From the NCBI GenBank assembly GCA_963841915.1, contig CAWJEN010000006.1, positions 1,632,001 to 1,696,000 on the forward strand: a DNA stretch of 64,000 nucleotides, read 5' to 3'. Position numbers and translations under genes: made by a program. The number at the start of each line of letters is the position of its first letter. The stretch's first letter is position 1. Origin of the DNA: an uncultured Planctomycetota bacterium (lineage in GTDB: Bacteria; Planctomycetota; Phycisphaerae; Tepidisphaerales; Tepidisphaeraceae). Positions 29,171-41,449 of this stretch are shown here, piece after piece. The notes beneath the pieces were generated by a model. It did no database searches. It was not told where the DNA came from and saw nothing but the letters and a program-made list of their open reading frames with translations.

Positions 29171-31012
29171 GTGACGTACGACGTTCTGGTCATCGGTGGT
29201 GGGCACGCGGGCGCTGAAGCTGCGCACGCGGCGGCCAAGCTCGGGGCGTCGGTTGTTCTCGTCACGCTCGACCCGGCGAAGATCGGGCAAATGTCGTGCA
29301 ATCCTGCCATCGGCGGCAGTGCCAAGGGACAGATCGTCCGCGAAATCGACGCCATGGGCGGCGTCATGGGGCTCGCCGCCGACGCCAGCGGCATCCAGTT
29401 TCGCGTGTTGAATCTCAGCAAAGGTGCCGCCGTCCACGGCCCGCGGGCTCAGTGCGATAAGTACCGTTACGCCGCTGTCGTTCGACAGCTTCTCGAAGCC
29501 AATGCAGCCATTGACATTGTTGCCGGCGAGGTCGCCTCTCTCGACGTACACCAAGGCCGCTGCAGGGGCGTGACGCTCGCCGACGGACGATCAATCGACG
29601 CCGCCGCAGTCGTAGTGACGACGGGCACCTTCATGCGAGGCCTGATGCATACGGGCGAAGTCAAAACGCAAGGCGGTCGCGCGGGTGAAGCGGCGAGCGT
29701 CGGCCTGTCCGGAGAGCTTCGCCGGCTTGGCTTCGAAATGGGCCGTCTCAAAACCGGCACGCCGCCAAGGCTGCGAAGCAACTCGATCGACTGGTCACAG
29801 CTCGAAGAGCAACACGGCGACGACCCACCTCGACCGTTCAGCTTTGTCAACGAATATGCGCAGGATTGGCGGCCGCCACTGCGTCAGGTGCCGTGCCACA
29901 TCACGCACACGAACCACGCCGCCCATGAAGCGATCCGCGGCAACCTGCACCGCGCTCCGATGTTCACCGGCGACATCGAAGGCGTAGGCCCCCGCTACTG
30001 CCCCAGCATCGAGGACAAAGTTGTCCGCTTCGCCGACCGCGACAGTCACCAGGTCTTCCTCGAGCCTGAATCACTCGACACCGACGAGATCTACTGCAAC
30101 GGCATCAGCACGAGCCTGCCGGCCGACACGCAGCGACAGATGCTCGACCACATCGTCGGTCTCGAGCAGGCCGAGATCATCAGGCCCGGCTACGCCGTCG
30201 AGTATGACATGGTTTGGCCGACGCAGATCACCAGCACGCTCGAAACCAAGCGGGTGAGCGGCCTGTTCCTGGCCGGCCAGATCAACGGCACGAGCGGCTA
30301 CGAAGAGGCGGCGGCACAAGGGCTTGTCGCCGGCATCAACGCCGCCCACTTCGCCGTCGACGGCGTGGCCGACTTCGTCCTGGGCCGCGACCAGGCTTAC
30401 ATCGGCGTGCTCGTCGATGACCTTGTCACCAAGCCGCCGACCGAGCCGTATCGCATGTTCACCAGCCGGGCCGAGCATCGGCTAAGCCTGCGCAGCGACA
30501 ACGCCGACGAGCGGCTGACGCCGATCGCTCGCGAGCTTGGCCTAGTCGCCCACGAGCGGTGGGACGGCTTTGTCGAGCGACGCGACGCGCTCGATGCAGC
30601 CGTCGCCTGGGCGGGTGAGACACGCGTCGACGGCGACCTTGTCATCAACCACCTACGGCGTGACGGCGAGCGGGCGATCGACTTCGATGCGACGCTTCGA
30701 CCAGACGTCGCCGAACGGCTGGAGACGCGGGCGAAGTACGAGGGTTACCTCAAGCGACAGGGCCGCCAGTTGAAGGAGTTTGCCAATCTTGAGCGCAAGC
30801 CGATCCCGCTCGACCTGGACTACGCCGCCATCAGCGGGTTGCGGAACGAGGCGCGTGAGAAGCTCGTCATCTTCACGCCGCGAAGCCTCGGGCAGGCTCT
30901 GAGGATCAGCGGCATCACGCCGGCGGATGTGACGCTACTGGCCGTCCACCTGTCGCGTCGACTGCGATCGGCGGAGGCGGCAGGCGACAGCTCCAAGAGT
31001 TTTGCGGGGTGA
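29171..31012 (+). CDS. mnmG: tRNA uridine-5-carboxymethylaminomethyl(34) synthesis enzyme
   Basis: [55 protein letters not shown] start at 29171. Confidence 0.97.
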   Translation: MTYDVLVIGGGHAGAEAAHAAAKLGASVVLVTLDPAKIGQMSCNPAIGGSAKGQIVREIDAMGGVMGLAADASGIQFRVLNLSKGAAVHGPRAQCDKYRYAAVVRQLLEANAAIDIVAGEVASLDVHQGRCRGVTLADGRSIDAAAVVVTTGTFMRGLMHTGEVKTQGGRAGEAASVGLSGELRRLGFEMGRLKTGTPPRLRSNSIDWSQLEEQHGDDPPRPFSFVNEYAQDWRPPLRQVPCHITHTNHAAHEAIRGNLHRAPMFTGDIEGVGPRYCPSIEDKVVRFADRDSHQVFLEPESLDTDEIYCNGISTSLPADTQRQMLDHIVGLEQAEIIRPGYAVEYDMVWPTQITSTLETKRVSGLFLAGQINGTSGYEEAAAQGLVAGINAAHFAVDGVADFVLGRDQAYIGVLVDDLVTKPPTEPYRMFTSRAEHRLSLRSDNADERLTPIARELGLVAHERWDGFVERRDALDAAVAWAGETRVDGDLVINHLRRDGERAIDFDATLRPDVAERLETRAKYEGYLKRQGRQLKEFANLERKPIPLDLDYAAISGLRNEAREKLVIFTPRSLGQALRISGITPADVTLLAVHLSRRLRSAEAAGDSSKSFAG

Positions 31013-31051
31013 CGATGTCGTATGGAGCGTCATATGTTGCGTTGCAAGCTT

Positions 31052-31351
31052 ATGTCCGACTCCAGAGAACAACACGATCTCATTGCTAAGGCTTTGGGTG
31101 ATCCGCAGCGATTCGCGATCCTCGAGTTTATATGTGAGCAGACGCGTGGAAGCCACGAAGTCGGGTGCAAGGCCATCGTCGCACAGTTTCCGGTCAGCCA
31201 GGCGACGATCAGCCACCACCTCAAAGAGTTGTCACAGGCCGGCTTGATCGAGGGTCGCAAGGAAGGCCAGTGCCTCATGCTCAAGCCCGACCCCTCGGGC
31301 CTGCAGGCATACGTCGGGCGGCTGAATCGGTTGTTGCAGGAAGCGTGCTGA
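31052..31351 (+). CDS. ArsR/SmtB family transcriptional regulator
   Basis: KALGDPQRFAIL, SQATISHHLKELSQAGLI. Confidence 0.9.
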   Translation: MSDSREQHDLIAKALGDPQRFAILEFICEQTRGSHEVGCKAIVAQFPVSQATISHHLKELSQAGLIEGRKEGQCLMLKPDPSGLQAYVGRLNRLLQEAC

Positions 31352-31362
31352 ACCACCCGGAG

Positions 31363-32052
31363 TCAGTCACGCACGCTGTCAATCACCCGCAGTGTGTCGT
31401 CATCACTGCGCGGCTGCGTCGTCTGACTTCCGCCGACGAAGCCCAGCAGCCACATCAGCGCGAGCAGCACCGCCAAGACCACGCAAGCGACCGCCATCAA
31501 GGGTCGATCGACGCGGGTCAGCCACGCCACGCCCAGAAGCACGATCACGCCGAGCCCGATAACAACAGCCACCGCTGTGGCCGAGACGTTGACGAAGGAC
31601 ATGACAAGAAGGAACCCGAGCAGCGCGACGACTCCGACACCGACTGCCATGATGATCGGGACTGCCTCGCTGCTGTCACCCAGCGGGATGTCAAGGGCAC
31701 GCACGTCCGGCTCTGCCGACATCCGGGCTGATCGTTCGAGGTCGCGATCCCGCAGTTTACCGGTCGTCGTCGACGTGCGGTCGTTGCTGCGCGAGACGGT
31801 CGCGTTGGTACCGCTGGCGTCGGTGACGACGACCTGCGCGCCAGAGGCTGACGTGGTCGTCGACCGCTTGGGACCGGCCGGATCGGTCGCGTCGCCGCGC
31901 TCACGACGGACGCTGGAGCCCCGCTCGGCGTCGAAGCCCGAGCCGTTACCCGGCACGCCGCGACCCTCGGGAGACTCTTTCAATCCGTATGCGCCACCGA
32001 TGGCGGAACCTTTCCTGCGACGAGGGATGATCGGCTTGATGTCGTTCCGCAT
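31363..32052 (-). CDS. Hypothetical membrane protein (disordered N-terminus, three TM helices)
   Basis: Low-complexity N-terminal half and three hydrophobic segments. Confidence 0.6.
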   Translation of the reverse strand: MRNDIKPIIPRRRKGSAIGGAYGLKESPEGRGVPGNGSGFDAERGSSVRRERGDATDPAGPKRSTTTSASGAQVVVTDASGTNATVSRSNDRTSTTTGKLRDRDLERSARMSAEPDVRALDIPLGDSSEAVPIIMAVGVGVVALLGFLLVMSFVNVSATAVAVVIGLGVIVLLGVAWLTRVDRPLMAVACVVLAVLLALMWLLGFVGGSQTTQPRSDDDTLRVIDSVRD

Positions 32053-32061
32053 GGGCCGAGC

Positions 32062-33117
32062 TTATCGCGAAGCTGACCAGTCGAGTAGAACCTTTCCGCT
32101 GTTTCCGCCTCGCATGATCTCAAATCCCTCCGCGAAGTCGGCGGCATCGAGCTTGTGCGTAATAATCGGCGAAATGTCGAGCCCGCTCTGGAGCATCGTC
32201 GTCATTTTGTACCACGTCTCATACATTTCGCGGCCGTAGATGCCCTGGATGTTGAGCATGTTGAAGACGACTTCGTTCCAGTCGATGGCGACGTCATCTC
32301 CGGGAATGCCCAGCAGCGCGAGCTTGCCGCCGTGACAGAGGTTGGCGATGGCGTCGCGGAATGCTGCCGGACTGCCTGACATTTCGCAGCAGACGTCGAA
32401 GCCTTCAGTCATGCCGAGTTCCTTTTGCACGTCACTGAGTCGTTCCTCCTTTACGTTGACGACGCGCGTGGCCCCCAGCTTAGTTGCCATGTCGAGGCGA
32501 TAGGGGTTGAGATCGGTGACGACGACGTGCCGTGCGCCCGCGTGCTTGGCCACCGCCGCCGCCATGCAACCGATCGGGCCGGCCCCGGTGATCAATACGT
32601 CCTCGCCCAGCACCGGAAAGTGCAGGGCCGTGTGCGTCGCGTTTCCAAGCGGATCAAACAAGGCTGCAACATCGTGGTCGATCGACTCGTCGTGGTGCCA
32701 CACGTTCGCCATCGGCAGAACGACGTAGTCGGCAAAGGCACCGGGCCGGTTGACGCCGATGCCCTTCGTGTGGGCACACAAATGCCGACGACCCGCAAGG
32801 CAATTTCGGCATCGGCCGCAGACCACGTGCCCCTCGCCACCGACGAGCATGCCCGGGGCAAAGTCGTTCACGTTGCTGCCGATGCCGACGATCGTCCCGA
32901 CGAACTCGTGCCCTACGACCATCGGCACGGGGATCGTCCGCTGCGCCCACGCGTCCCAGTTCCAGATGTGCACATCGGTCCCGCAGATGCCTGTCCGCTC
33001 GACCCGCACCAAAACGTCGTTGATCCCGATCGTCGGCGTCGGTACTTCCTGCATCTCCAAACCAACCTCACGCCGCACCTTGACCAGCCCACGCATCGTC
33101 GCCGGAATCTCGCTCAT
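32062..33117 (-). CDS. tdh: L-threonine 3-dehydrogenase
   Basis: [39 protein letters not shown]. Confidence 0.96.
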   Translation of the reverse strand: MSEIPATMRGLVKVRREVGLEMQEVPTPTIGINDVLVRVERTGICGTDVHIWNWDAWAQRTIPVPMVVGHEFVGTIVGIGSNVNDFAPGMLVGGEGHVVCGRCRNCLAGRRHLCAHTKGIGVNRPGAFADYVVLPMANVWHHDESIDHDVAALFDPLGNATHTALHFPVLGEDVLITGAGPIGCMAAAVAKHAGARHVVVTDLNPYRLDMATKLGATRVVNVKEERLSDVQKELGMTEGFDVCCEMSGSPAAFRDAIANLCHGGKLALLGIPGDDVAIDWNEVVFNMLNIQGIYGREMYETWYKMTTMLQSGLDISPIITHKLDAADFAEGFEIMRGGNSGKVLLDWSASR

Positions 33118-33126
33118 GCGGCCATG

Positions 33127-36100
33127 CTAAGCCTCGACCCGGAAGCGGCCGTTGTCGCTGACCTGATCAAATCGCACCGCAACCCGTCGGCTGACGCCGC
33201 GCTCGGGCATGGTCACGCCATACAGCACATCGGCATGCCGCATCGTCGGCTTCGAGTGCGTGACGATTACAAACTGACTGTGGCCCAGGAAGTCGTCCAA
33301 CACCTTGCAAAAGCGCTCGGTGTTGGCCTCGTCGAGCGGAGCGTCAACCTCATCGAGCACGCACAGCGGGCTGGGCCGACTCTTGAACAGGCTCAACAGC
33401 AGGGCGACGCACGTCATGGCCTTCTCGCCGCCCGAAAGCTGAGTAAGTGTCGCCGGCTGTTTACCGGGCGGGCGGGCCATGACTTCTACACCTGCCGACA
33501 GCGGGTCGTCGTCGTCGTCCGCATGCCGCAGCACAAGGTCGGCCTTGCCGCCACCGAACAGTTGTCGGAACATGCCTGAGAAATGACCGCGTGTGGCTTC
33601 GAACGTCTCGACGAAGCGACGCCCCGACTCTTTGTCGAGTTCGCAGATCAGCTTGTCGAGTTCTTCCTTGGCCGCCCGTACATCGTCGAGTTGCTTCGCA
33701 AGGTCGTCCCGCTGTCGTTCGAGCGCTTCGAGCTCACCAATGGCCTCAGGATTCACGCCGCCCGACCGGTCGATTCTCGACTTCAGGTCGCGTGCCTCAC
33801 GCTCCATGGCGGGCCAGTCTGCTGCCTCATCCTCGTACGTGCCATACAAGGCGACGACGTCGAGCGACCACTCATCAGCCATGCGTGTCACGTGCGTCTC
33901 GAGACGAAGTCGCGACTCCAGCGACGCCGCCTCTGCCGCGTGATGCCGTTGCGCCGCCTCGATGGCAAAAGCACTTGCCGTCGCGACGGTTGCTCTCGCT
34001 TCCGACAACGTCGCGGCGGCGGCTTCGAAAGATGAAGCCCGTTTCTTCACGCGAGCCGCGGCAACCTCCACTTCACCCGCCGCCGACTCGACCTCAGCCG
34101 TCGCTTCGTCGACCTCTGCATGCGCCTCAGCGACAGCGATCCCGACGGCTTGAACTGACTGCTGCATCGCCTGCCGTCGCGCGGCAACTTCTTCTCGTCG
34201 CACACGATCACGTTCGGCCTGCCTGATTAGGGCAGCATGGTGTTCCTCGGCCCGGCCCAACTCCACACGCGCCGCGGCCAACCGCTCGGCCGCCATGGTC
34301 GCTGCTTCGGCGTCTTGACGCATCGCCGCCATCAGCCGATCCCGCTCAGCCGCATGCTGATCGGCGGCAACGCGGGCGACTTTGCCGAAGTCGATCAGCG
34401 ACGTTCGAGCCGCATCGAGCTCGGCCAGACGAGGCGTCAGATCGTCGAGCGTTTCACTCGCAGCCTGAACCTCACGCTCTGCCGCCTCGAGGTTGTCACG
34501 CAGCGTCGCGGCACGTTGCTCCGTTTCTGCCGCGCGTCGGCGGGCGTTGTAAGACGCTTCCCGCACGTCCGACGCCCGGTCCGACGCGTCGCGTGCTTTT
34601 TGGGTTCCAGCGGCGACGGCCCGCTCAGCTTCGCGCAGAACTTCAGCAGCCGCGACCTGCTCCACTGCGACGGCCTTCCGCTCGCCACGCCGGCGAACGA
34701 GTCCGCCGCCGCCTTGCCCGACCACAAAGGTGCCGTCCGCACGAACGAGCCTGCCGTCAGACGTCGCCGTCGTCCGGCCGACCACAGGCGAATCGGCAAG
34801 CACCACATCACCCAGGATGAAGTCGACCAGACCCGCGACGTCTGACGTCACCACGCTCGTCGCCAGCATCACGCCGTCACCAGTGACAGGCGACACGGCC
34901 AAGAGAGCTTCGCGGGGCAACAGCGTCACCCGACCCGCGATGCTGCCGAGCTCCTGCGTCGCCTGCTGGACGTTCGTGTCCGCCGCTAGAAGGAGCCACT
35001 GATCGCGACCGTCCAACGCCGCTTCGACCGCTTGCGACCACGCCGGATCCACCTGCAGCGAGTCGGCCACGAGCGTCGCTGTGAAGCTGAACCCATCCTT
35101 CTGCGAGGTCGGCTGCACACGCTTCAAGACGTCTCGCACCGCCTCGACAACGCCGACACCTTTGGCCTCTGCGTCGGCGAGCATGTCGCTGCGAGAGGCC
35201 AGCACCGCCACGCGTTCTCGGGCTGCGGCGACGGCTTCACCGGCCTTGGATGCAGCCGCATTTGCCGCCTGGACATCAGCCGTCTGCCGCTCGACATCGC
35301 TGGCCGTTGCAGCCTCGGCAGCTTTGGCCGCCGCTGCCGCCTTTTCGGCATCGGCCAGGTGTTCCTGCACCTCGACGTGTTTCAATGTCGCCCGCCGCAC
35401 GCGGTCGTTCGTCTCTTCGATGCGCTCGGCGACTGCGTGCCGCTGTGCCTCGCGTGAGGCCGCTTCGCGATCAGATTGTGCCGCGTCATCCGCCGCACGC
35501 GTTGCAACCGACGTGGCGGCGTCGACTTGTCGGCGGGCGTCATTCTGCCTCGACTGCAATTCGCCGTAAGCAGACCGCTGCGTCTGGGCCGCCTGCCGAA
35601 CATTGGCGACCTTGGCCGCCGCTTCCTCGATGGCAACCGCATCCGCAGAGGTCACAGACGCGAGCGTCGCCGCCTGCTGATCGATGGCCGCTGCTTCATC
35701 TTTAATTGCCGTCTGACGCTGCCGGAGGTCGCCTAGCCGCCGCTGGGCGTACGACACCCGTTGCGACGCCGCCGACTGTCGATTCTCCGCCTTCACACTC
35801 GCCCGCTCGGCCTCTCGCAGCGCAGCTTCTGCCGCGGTTACCGTCTCAGAGGCCGTCGCCTCTGCGGTCGTTGTTTCCGCCTGTCGTGCATTGCCTGCTT
35901 CGAGTGTTTTGCCAGCCTGCTCCAGCGTCTGAACATCCGCACTCTGCTTTTGCGACAGGTCGTGGTACGCGTGCAGCGCCAGTCGCTGTCGAAGCGCTGC
36001 CAGTCGCTCGGTCGCCTCCTGAAACGTCCGCGCCTTCGACGCCGCCAGCCGTGTCGAGCGGACACGCCGCTCGAGGTCATCCGTCACGTCGGCCAGCCGC

Positions 36101-36693
36101 GTGAAATTGGCCTCCGCCTTAGCGAGCCGGGCGGCGGCCTCCTTTCGTTGCACGCGGAAACGGCTCACGCCCGCCGCCTCTTCGAAGACTGCCCGGCGTT
36201 CACGCGGATCGGCTTCGAGCAGGCGATTGATCTGCCCTTGCTCGATCACGCCGTACGCACCGCCACCGATGCCGGTGTCGAGGAAGGCGTCGCGTACGTC
36301 CTTGAGTCGAGACCGCTTGCCACCGAGCAGATAATGACTGGTGCCGTCACGCAGCAACACGCGCCCGACGTCGACCTCGTCGGCATCGAACGGCAGCGGA
36401 CGGCCTGCCTCAGTTTTGGGATTGGCGAAGGTGAGCGTCACCTCCGCCGCGGCGGCGGGCTGCCGCTTCTCGCTGCCGTTGAAGATGACGTCCGCCATCG
36501 CACCACCGCGCAGGCTCTTGGCCGACTGCTCGCCCAGGACCCATTTGATCGCGTCGACGACATTGCTCTTGCCGCACCCATTAGGTCCGACGACGGCCAC
36601 GATGGGCCGGTCGAAGTCGAAGGTCGTCTCGTCGGCGAAGCTCTTGAACCCGCGCAGCTTCAGGCGACGCAGCCGCAGGCGATCGCCTGTCAC
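33127..36693 (-). CDS. smc: Chromosome segregation protein SMC
   Basis: GFKSFAD, GPNGCGKSN, long coiled coils with hinge, LSGGEK, LDEVDAPLD. Confidence 0.95.
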   Translation of the reverse strand: MTGDRLRLRRLKLRGFKSFADETTFDFDRPIVAVVGPNGCGKSNVVDAIKWVLGEQSAKSLRGGAMADVIFNGSEKRQPAAAAEVTLTFANPKTEAGRPLPFDADEVDVGRVLLRDGTSHYLLGGKRSRLKDVRDAFLDTGIGGGAYGVIEQGQINRLLEADPRERRAVFEEAAGVSRFRVQRKEAAARLAKAEANFTRLADVTDDLERRVRSTRLAASKARTFQEATERLAALRQRLALHAYHDLSQKQSADVQTLEQAGKTLEAGNARQAETTTAEATASETVTAAEAALREAERASVKAENRQSAASQRVSYAQRRLGDLRQRQTAIKDEAAAIDQQAATLASVTSADAVAIEEAAAKVANVRQAAQTQRSAYGELQSRQNDARRQVDAATSVATRAADDAAQSDREAASREAQRHAVAERIEETNDRVRRATLKHVEVQEHLADAEKAAAAAKAAEAATASDVERQTADVQAANAAASKAGEAVAAARERVAVLASRSDMLADAEAKGVGVVEAVRDVLKRVQPTSQKDGFSFTATLVADSLQVDPAWSQAVEAALDGRDQWLLLAADTNVQQATQELGSIAGRVTLLPREALLAVSPVTGDGVMLATSVVTSDVAGLVDFILGDVVLADSPVVGRTTATSDGRLVRADGTFVVGQGGGGLVRRRGERKAVAVEQVAAAEVLREAERAVAAGTQKARDASDRASDVREASYNARRRAAETEQRAATLRDNLEAAEREVQAASETLDDLTPRLAELDAARTSLIDFGKVARVAADQHAAERDRLMAAMRQDAEAATMAAERLAAARVELGRAEEHHAALIRQAERDRVRREEVAARRQAMQQSVQAVGIAVAEAHAEVDEATAEVESAAGEVEVAAARVKKRASSFEAAAATLSEARATVATASAFAIEAAQRHHAAEAASLESRLRLETHVTRMADEWSLDVVALYGTYEDEAADWPAMEREARDLKSRIDRSGGVNPEAIGELEALERQRDDLAKQLDDVRAAKEELDKLICELDKESGRRFVETFEATRGHFSGMFRQLFGGGKADLVLRHADDDDDPLSAGVEVMARPPGKQPATLTQLSGGEKAMTCVALLLSLFKSRPSPLCVLDEVDAPLDEANTERFCKVLDDFLGHSQFVIVTHSKPTMRHADVLYGVTMPERGVSRRVAVRFDQVSDNGRFRVEA

Positions 36694-38573
36694 TGTTGAC
36701 CGGCGTCGGCCGACGCCGTCTCACCAAGGCGGCGCTGCTCCAGACCGGGCACAACAGGCGCGACATCACCGGCGTCATTGCCGAAGTCGGCCAGATCCTG
36801 CAGCCGAACGTTCACGACCATCTCGCCACGTCGACCGGCGATGATGTCGTTACGATCGCCTAGCTCTTTCAGCACGGCAACGACGTCGCCGTAGTTGAGT
36901 TTGATGGCCCGCTCGCCCGGCACCTTCTCGCCGCCGAGTCGGCTGATGACTTCGCGAAGATCGGGCAGGGCCCGAACGCTGGCAAATCCATCCTGGCGTG
37001 CGTCAGCGTCCTCGGCTCTGGCTTCACGCTGGAACATGCGGACAACGTCCTCTCCCTCGCTTCGGGCGATTGTCAGGCGGTCACCGAACAGGCTCAGCAG
37101 CAGCGGTGCGCTGAGCCGCGGGACTTCGGCTGTTGGTCGCAGCCCACCGATAACGGCGATGGTCGGGCGGCCGGTCCGCGTCGCGTAGACGATCGGGTTG
37201 CCGTCGCCGGGCGTCAGGTGGAGAATGAAATTGTCGCCCACCGCCCGCTCGTTGACGCCCGTCTGGCCGAGGCCGAGGCGGAGCAGCGACTCGTACGCGG
37301 CAATTCGAACCTGGTCGTTTCCTGCGGCACTGGCGTTGAGCAGGTCGCGGGTCAGCCGACGTACAGCAGTGCTTGGAGGGACACGCCCCAACTCGCGGGC
37401 GGCGGCCACGTTGTAAGGGTGCGAGCGGTCACCGGCTATCGCCTGCAAGGCGCGATTGCCGTACATCTGCTTCAGGTGCGCAGCCGTACGGGCGGCGTAG
37501 AATGAAACCGCGGGGTCACTGTCCGTCAGCAACGGCACCACGGCCGATAACGCGTCGACGCCCATAGCCTGCCAAGCCCGGCTGACACCCAGCAGAACGG
37601 CCTCGTCACCATCGGCAGCCTTGGCGACCTCTGCCAGTACCTCGGCCTGGCGGGCCGAGTAGTCGCTGCTGGAGCTGAGGTACAGGTGCGTCGCGACGCC
37701 GACAAAGTTCTGCCAATCGTCCGGACCGCGGGGCGAAAAGTCACCGGTGTTGGGCAGGCGAAGCTCGACGATTGCCTCGTCCTTGGCCTTGGCGACATCG
37801 CGGCCAAAGTGGTAGTTGATCCGCTGCTCGATAACCCTGGCCATCCGCGTACTGGGCTGGCGGAGGCGAAGAACGATCGGCCGCTCGAACTCGATCTGGC
37901 CGCCGTCGGGCACCATGCCGTTGCGAAGCGACGCGCGGGCGGCGGGCATCTCGACGACGTCTTCAGGCGGCAGCAGGACGAAATTCGGGTTGAGCAAGAG
38001 CGGGCCCCGGGCGACGCCCACCTTGTTCACCTGCTCGCCCGGCCGGCTGGGGCCGACGATGCCTTTGTGCAACTCCGTCAGCCACAAGAATCCACCGGCC
38101 AGACTGGGTGTGGTATTGGTGTCGAGTGCCTCGACCGAGATGTCGATCCGCTGACCGTTTCGAGCAGCCGGCGGGACGAAGCCTTGCACACGAACGACGC
38201 TCGTCCGCGGGTCGGCGAGCAGGGCAGAGGGCGTGAGCTGGCCGAGCTGGCCACCGGTCTGCGGGCTGGCAAGCCCGCGGCGGGCGGCTGTCTCGGCAAT
38301 TCTGTTGCGGACCGGCGTCGGGATGCCGTCGTCGCGGCCGGTGTTATCCAGATTTACAACAAGGCCGTAGCCCGTGATGACCTGCGGCGTGGTGCCAAAG
38401 ACCGTCACGTACTCCAGGATGGTGCCGCGCAAATGCTCCGGCAGGCTCTCGTCGGGCAGGAGCGTGTCGTACCGCGAAACCGGAGCCGGCGCGTCGACCC
38501 GACGCTGACAGCCGACGACGACAAAAGATGCCACCAGGGCGGCGGCGGTGACGAGACGCGCACGGACAGTCAT
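36690..38573 (-). CDS. FlgI (flagellar P-ring)-like lipoprotein with helical (HEAT-like) repeats
   Basis: Lipobox VVVGC; GYGLVVNLDNTG...PPAARNGQRIDISV...SLAGG.L..T.L; helical repeat region (PLLTDSDPAVSFYAARTAA). Confidence 0.78.
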   Translation of the reverse strand: MTVRARLVTAAALVASFVVVGCQRRVDAPAPVSRYDTLLPDESLPEHLRGTILEYVTVFGTTPQVITGYGLVVNLDNTGRDDGIPTPVRNRIAETAARRGLASPQTGGQLGQLTPSALLADPRTSVVRVQGFVPPAARNGQRIDISVEALDTNTTPSLAGGFLWLTELHKGIVGPSRPGEQVNKVGVARGPLLLNPNFVLLPPEDVVEMPAARASLRNGMVPDGGQIEFERPIVLRLRQPSTRMARVIEQRINYHFGRDVAKAKDEAIVELRLPNTGDFSPRGPDDWQNFVGVATHLYLSSSSDYSARQAEVLAEVAKAADGDEAVLLGVSRAWQAMGVDALSAVVPLLTDSDPAVSFYAARTAAHLKQMYGNRALQAIAGDRSHPYNVAAARELGRVPPSTAVRRLTRDLLNASAAGNDQVRIAAYESLLRLGLGQTGVNERAVGDNFILHLTPGDGNPIVYATRTGRPTIAVIGGLRPTAEVPRLSAPLLLSLFGDRLTIARSEGEDVVRMFQREARAEDADARQDGFASVRALPDLREVISRLGGEKVPGERAIKLNYGDVVAVLKELGDRNDIIAGRRGEMVVNVRLQDLADFGNDAGDVAPVVPGLEQRRLGETASADAGQQ

Positions 38574-38621
38574 GGCGAGAATTTGCGAGGAAGCGGGCTA
38601 GTCGGCCGAACCCAAGCGGGC

Positions 38622-39686
38622 TCAGCCGTTGCTGGCCATCTTGCCGCCGACGAAGCCGACGATAAGGCCCAGGATCGGTAGACCTGCGAGCAAGCCCAGG
38701 GCCGGACCCAGGGCAACGGCTCCGTCTTCGCCCATGAGGAAGGACAAGAAGCCCGGATCGCCGCGAAGCACGCTGAGCGTAAGGGCGGTGATGCCGATGA
38801 GGACGACGGCGGCGGCACCGGCGGCGAGCCCTCCGAAGAGCGGTGCGGACGGGTCTATGACTTCGTACGCCGGGGCAGCGGCCATCCGCGTGCCGGCCGG
38901 GGCAGCAGCCGTGTCGATGCCGACACCGCCCGCCGAGTCACCGATGCTGTGCACCGTGCCGCCCGCGACGCTGCCCTCGGGCATGATCTCGTCGAAGGTT
39001 TCGGCACCGAAGCTGGTGTCGTCCGGCTCGTTCGTGAGGTCGAGCAAGCCGCTGCCCGATCCGATGCCTTCGAGAGCGACCTGATCGCCCGACCCGCCGA
39101 GGCTGGTCTGAGCCGACGGATCGACGTCGTCGTCTTCGAAGATGGTGATGCCGCTCTGGCTGGCACCGGCGGAGGTGCCGCCCATGGAGCCAATCGAATC
39201 GTCGAGAGCAAACGCGCCGGTGTCATCGCTCATGAGCGGGGCGCCACTGCTGCCGGGGACGCGGCTGGCACCGCCGACGCCACCGGAGGTGTCGCTGAGG
39301 TCGGCCCCGAGCGAGTCATTGCTGGTAACGGAGTCTTCAAGCTCGATGGCCATCGAGTCGTCGCTCGTCACCGAGTCCTCGAGCGTGATGGCCATGGAGT
39401 CGTCGGCGGGGTTGTCGCCGGCGTCGCTGTCGGACAGGCCGATGCCGCCCATGGAGTCGTTTCCACCGGTTGAATCGGCGAGCCCGATGGGGCCACCGGA
39501 GTCGGCCGGGGAGAGCCCGCCGGCACCTTCGCCCTTGAGCTGCTCGATCTGGCTGCCCTTGTACATGAGGTTGGGGCCGTCGCGATACTCGGTGAGGCGG
39601 CCGTCGCTGACGAGGGACTTGAGTCCGTCGTCATCGGTGGCGAGCTCGGCGGCTGCTTCTTCCTGCGTGTAGAAGGCTTTGGCCAT
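38622..39686 (-). CDS. N-terminal HTH (excisionase-like) protein with acidic low-complexity linker and two C-terminal TM helices
   Basis: FYTQEEAAAEL...LVSDGRLTEYRDG; D/S/G-rich middle region; hydrophobic C-terminus. Confidence 0.8.
   Translation of the reverse strand: MAKAFYTQEEAAAELATDDDGLKSLVSDGRLTEYRDGPNLMYKGSQIEQLKGEGAGGLSPADSGGPIGLADSTGGNDSMGGIGLSDSDAGDNPADDSMAITLEDSVTSDDSMAIELEDSVTSNDSLGADLSDTSGGVGGASRVPGSSGAPLMSDDTGAFALDDSIGSMGGTSAGASQSGITIFEDDDVDPSAQTSLGGSGDQVALEGIGSGSGLLDLTNEPDDTSFGAETFDEIMPEGSVAGGTVHSIGDSAGGVGIDTAAAPAGTRMAAAPAYEVIDPSAPLFGGLAAGAAAVVLIGITALTLSVLRGDPGFLSFLMGEDGAVALGPALGLLAGLPILGLIVGFVGGKMASNG
39321..39404 (-). repeat. In-frame 42-bp tandem duplication (DDSMAI[T/E]LEDSVTS x2)
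   Basis: Two 14-codon units, 13/14 identical in amino acids with diverged synonymous sites. Confidence 0.85.
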
Positions 39687-39838
39687 ATGGCTTAGGTGGC
39701 GGTTCAGGTTGGTGACGCCGCCGAGGACCGGCGACAGGAGGCGAGCGGCAAAGAGCCGGCCCACAGGCGGGCCGGTCAGCTTCGCAGATCATACCGAAGC
39801 TGTCAAAGCCTTGGCTACCGATGCAACTTCGGCCCGCG

Positions 39839-41353
<1,515 letters not shown>

Positions 41354-41374
41354 TTCCAAGGCCGATAACTTGCC

Positions 41375-41399
41375 GAACTATCGTTCGGCCCGTGTCGTC
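41375..41399 (+). promoter_or_regulatory. Possible ECF-sigma promoter (GAAC-N17-CGTC) overlapping a GCCGAAC/GTTCGGC hairpin
   Basis: Motif spacing, ~50 bp upstream of the 41450 start. Confidence 0.3.
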
Positions 41400-41449
41400 A
41401 TATAGGGTGATGGCCCCGCCCACCGAAGCTTTTCCTACAGCCACCGATC

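Noticed and set aside
31052..31351. Arsenic or metal resistance operon
   Set aside because: The ArsR gene is orphan; the next gene is convergent and unrelated.
33127..36693. SMC-based defence system (Wadjet/Lamassu)
   Set aside because: Canonical housekeeping SMC motifs with a hinge, and no jetABD-like or effector genes.
36690..38573. Flagellar operon
   Set aside because: Only one FlgI-like gene with atypical architecture; no flgH, flgG or flgA nearby.
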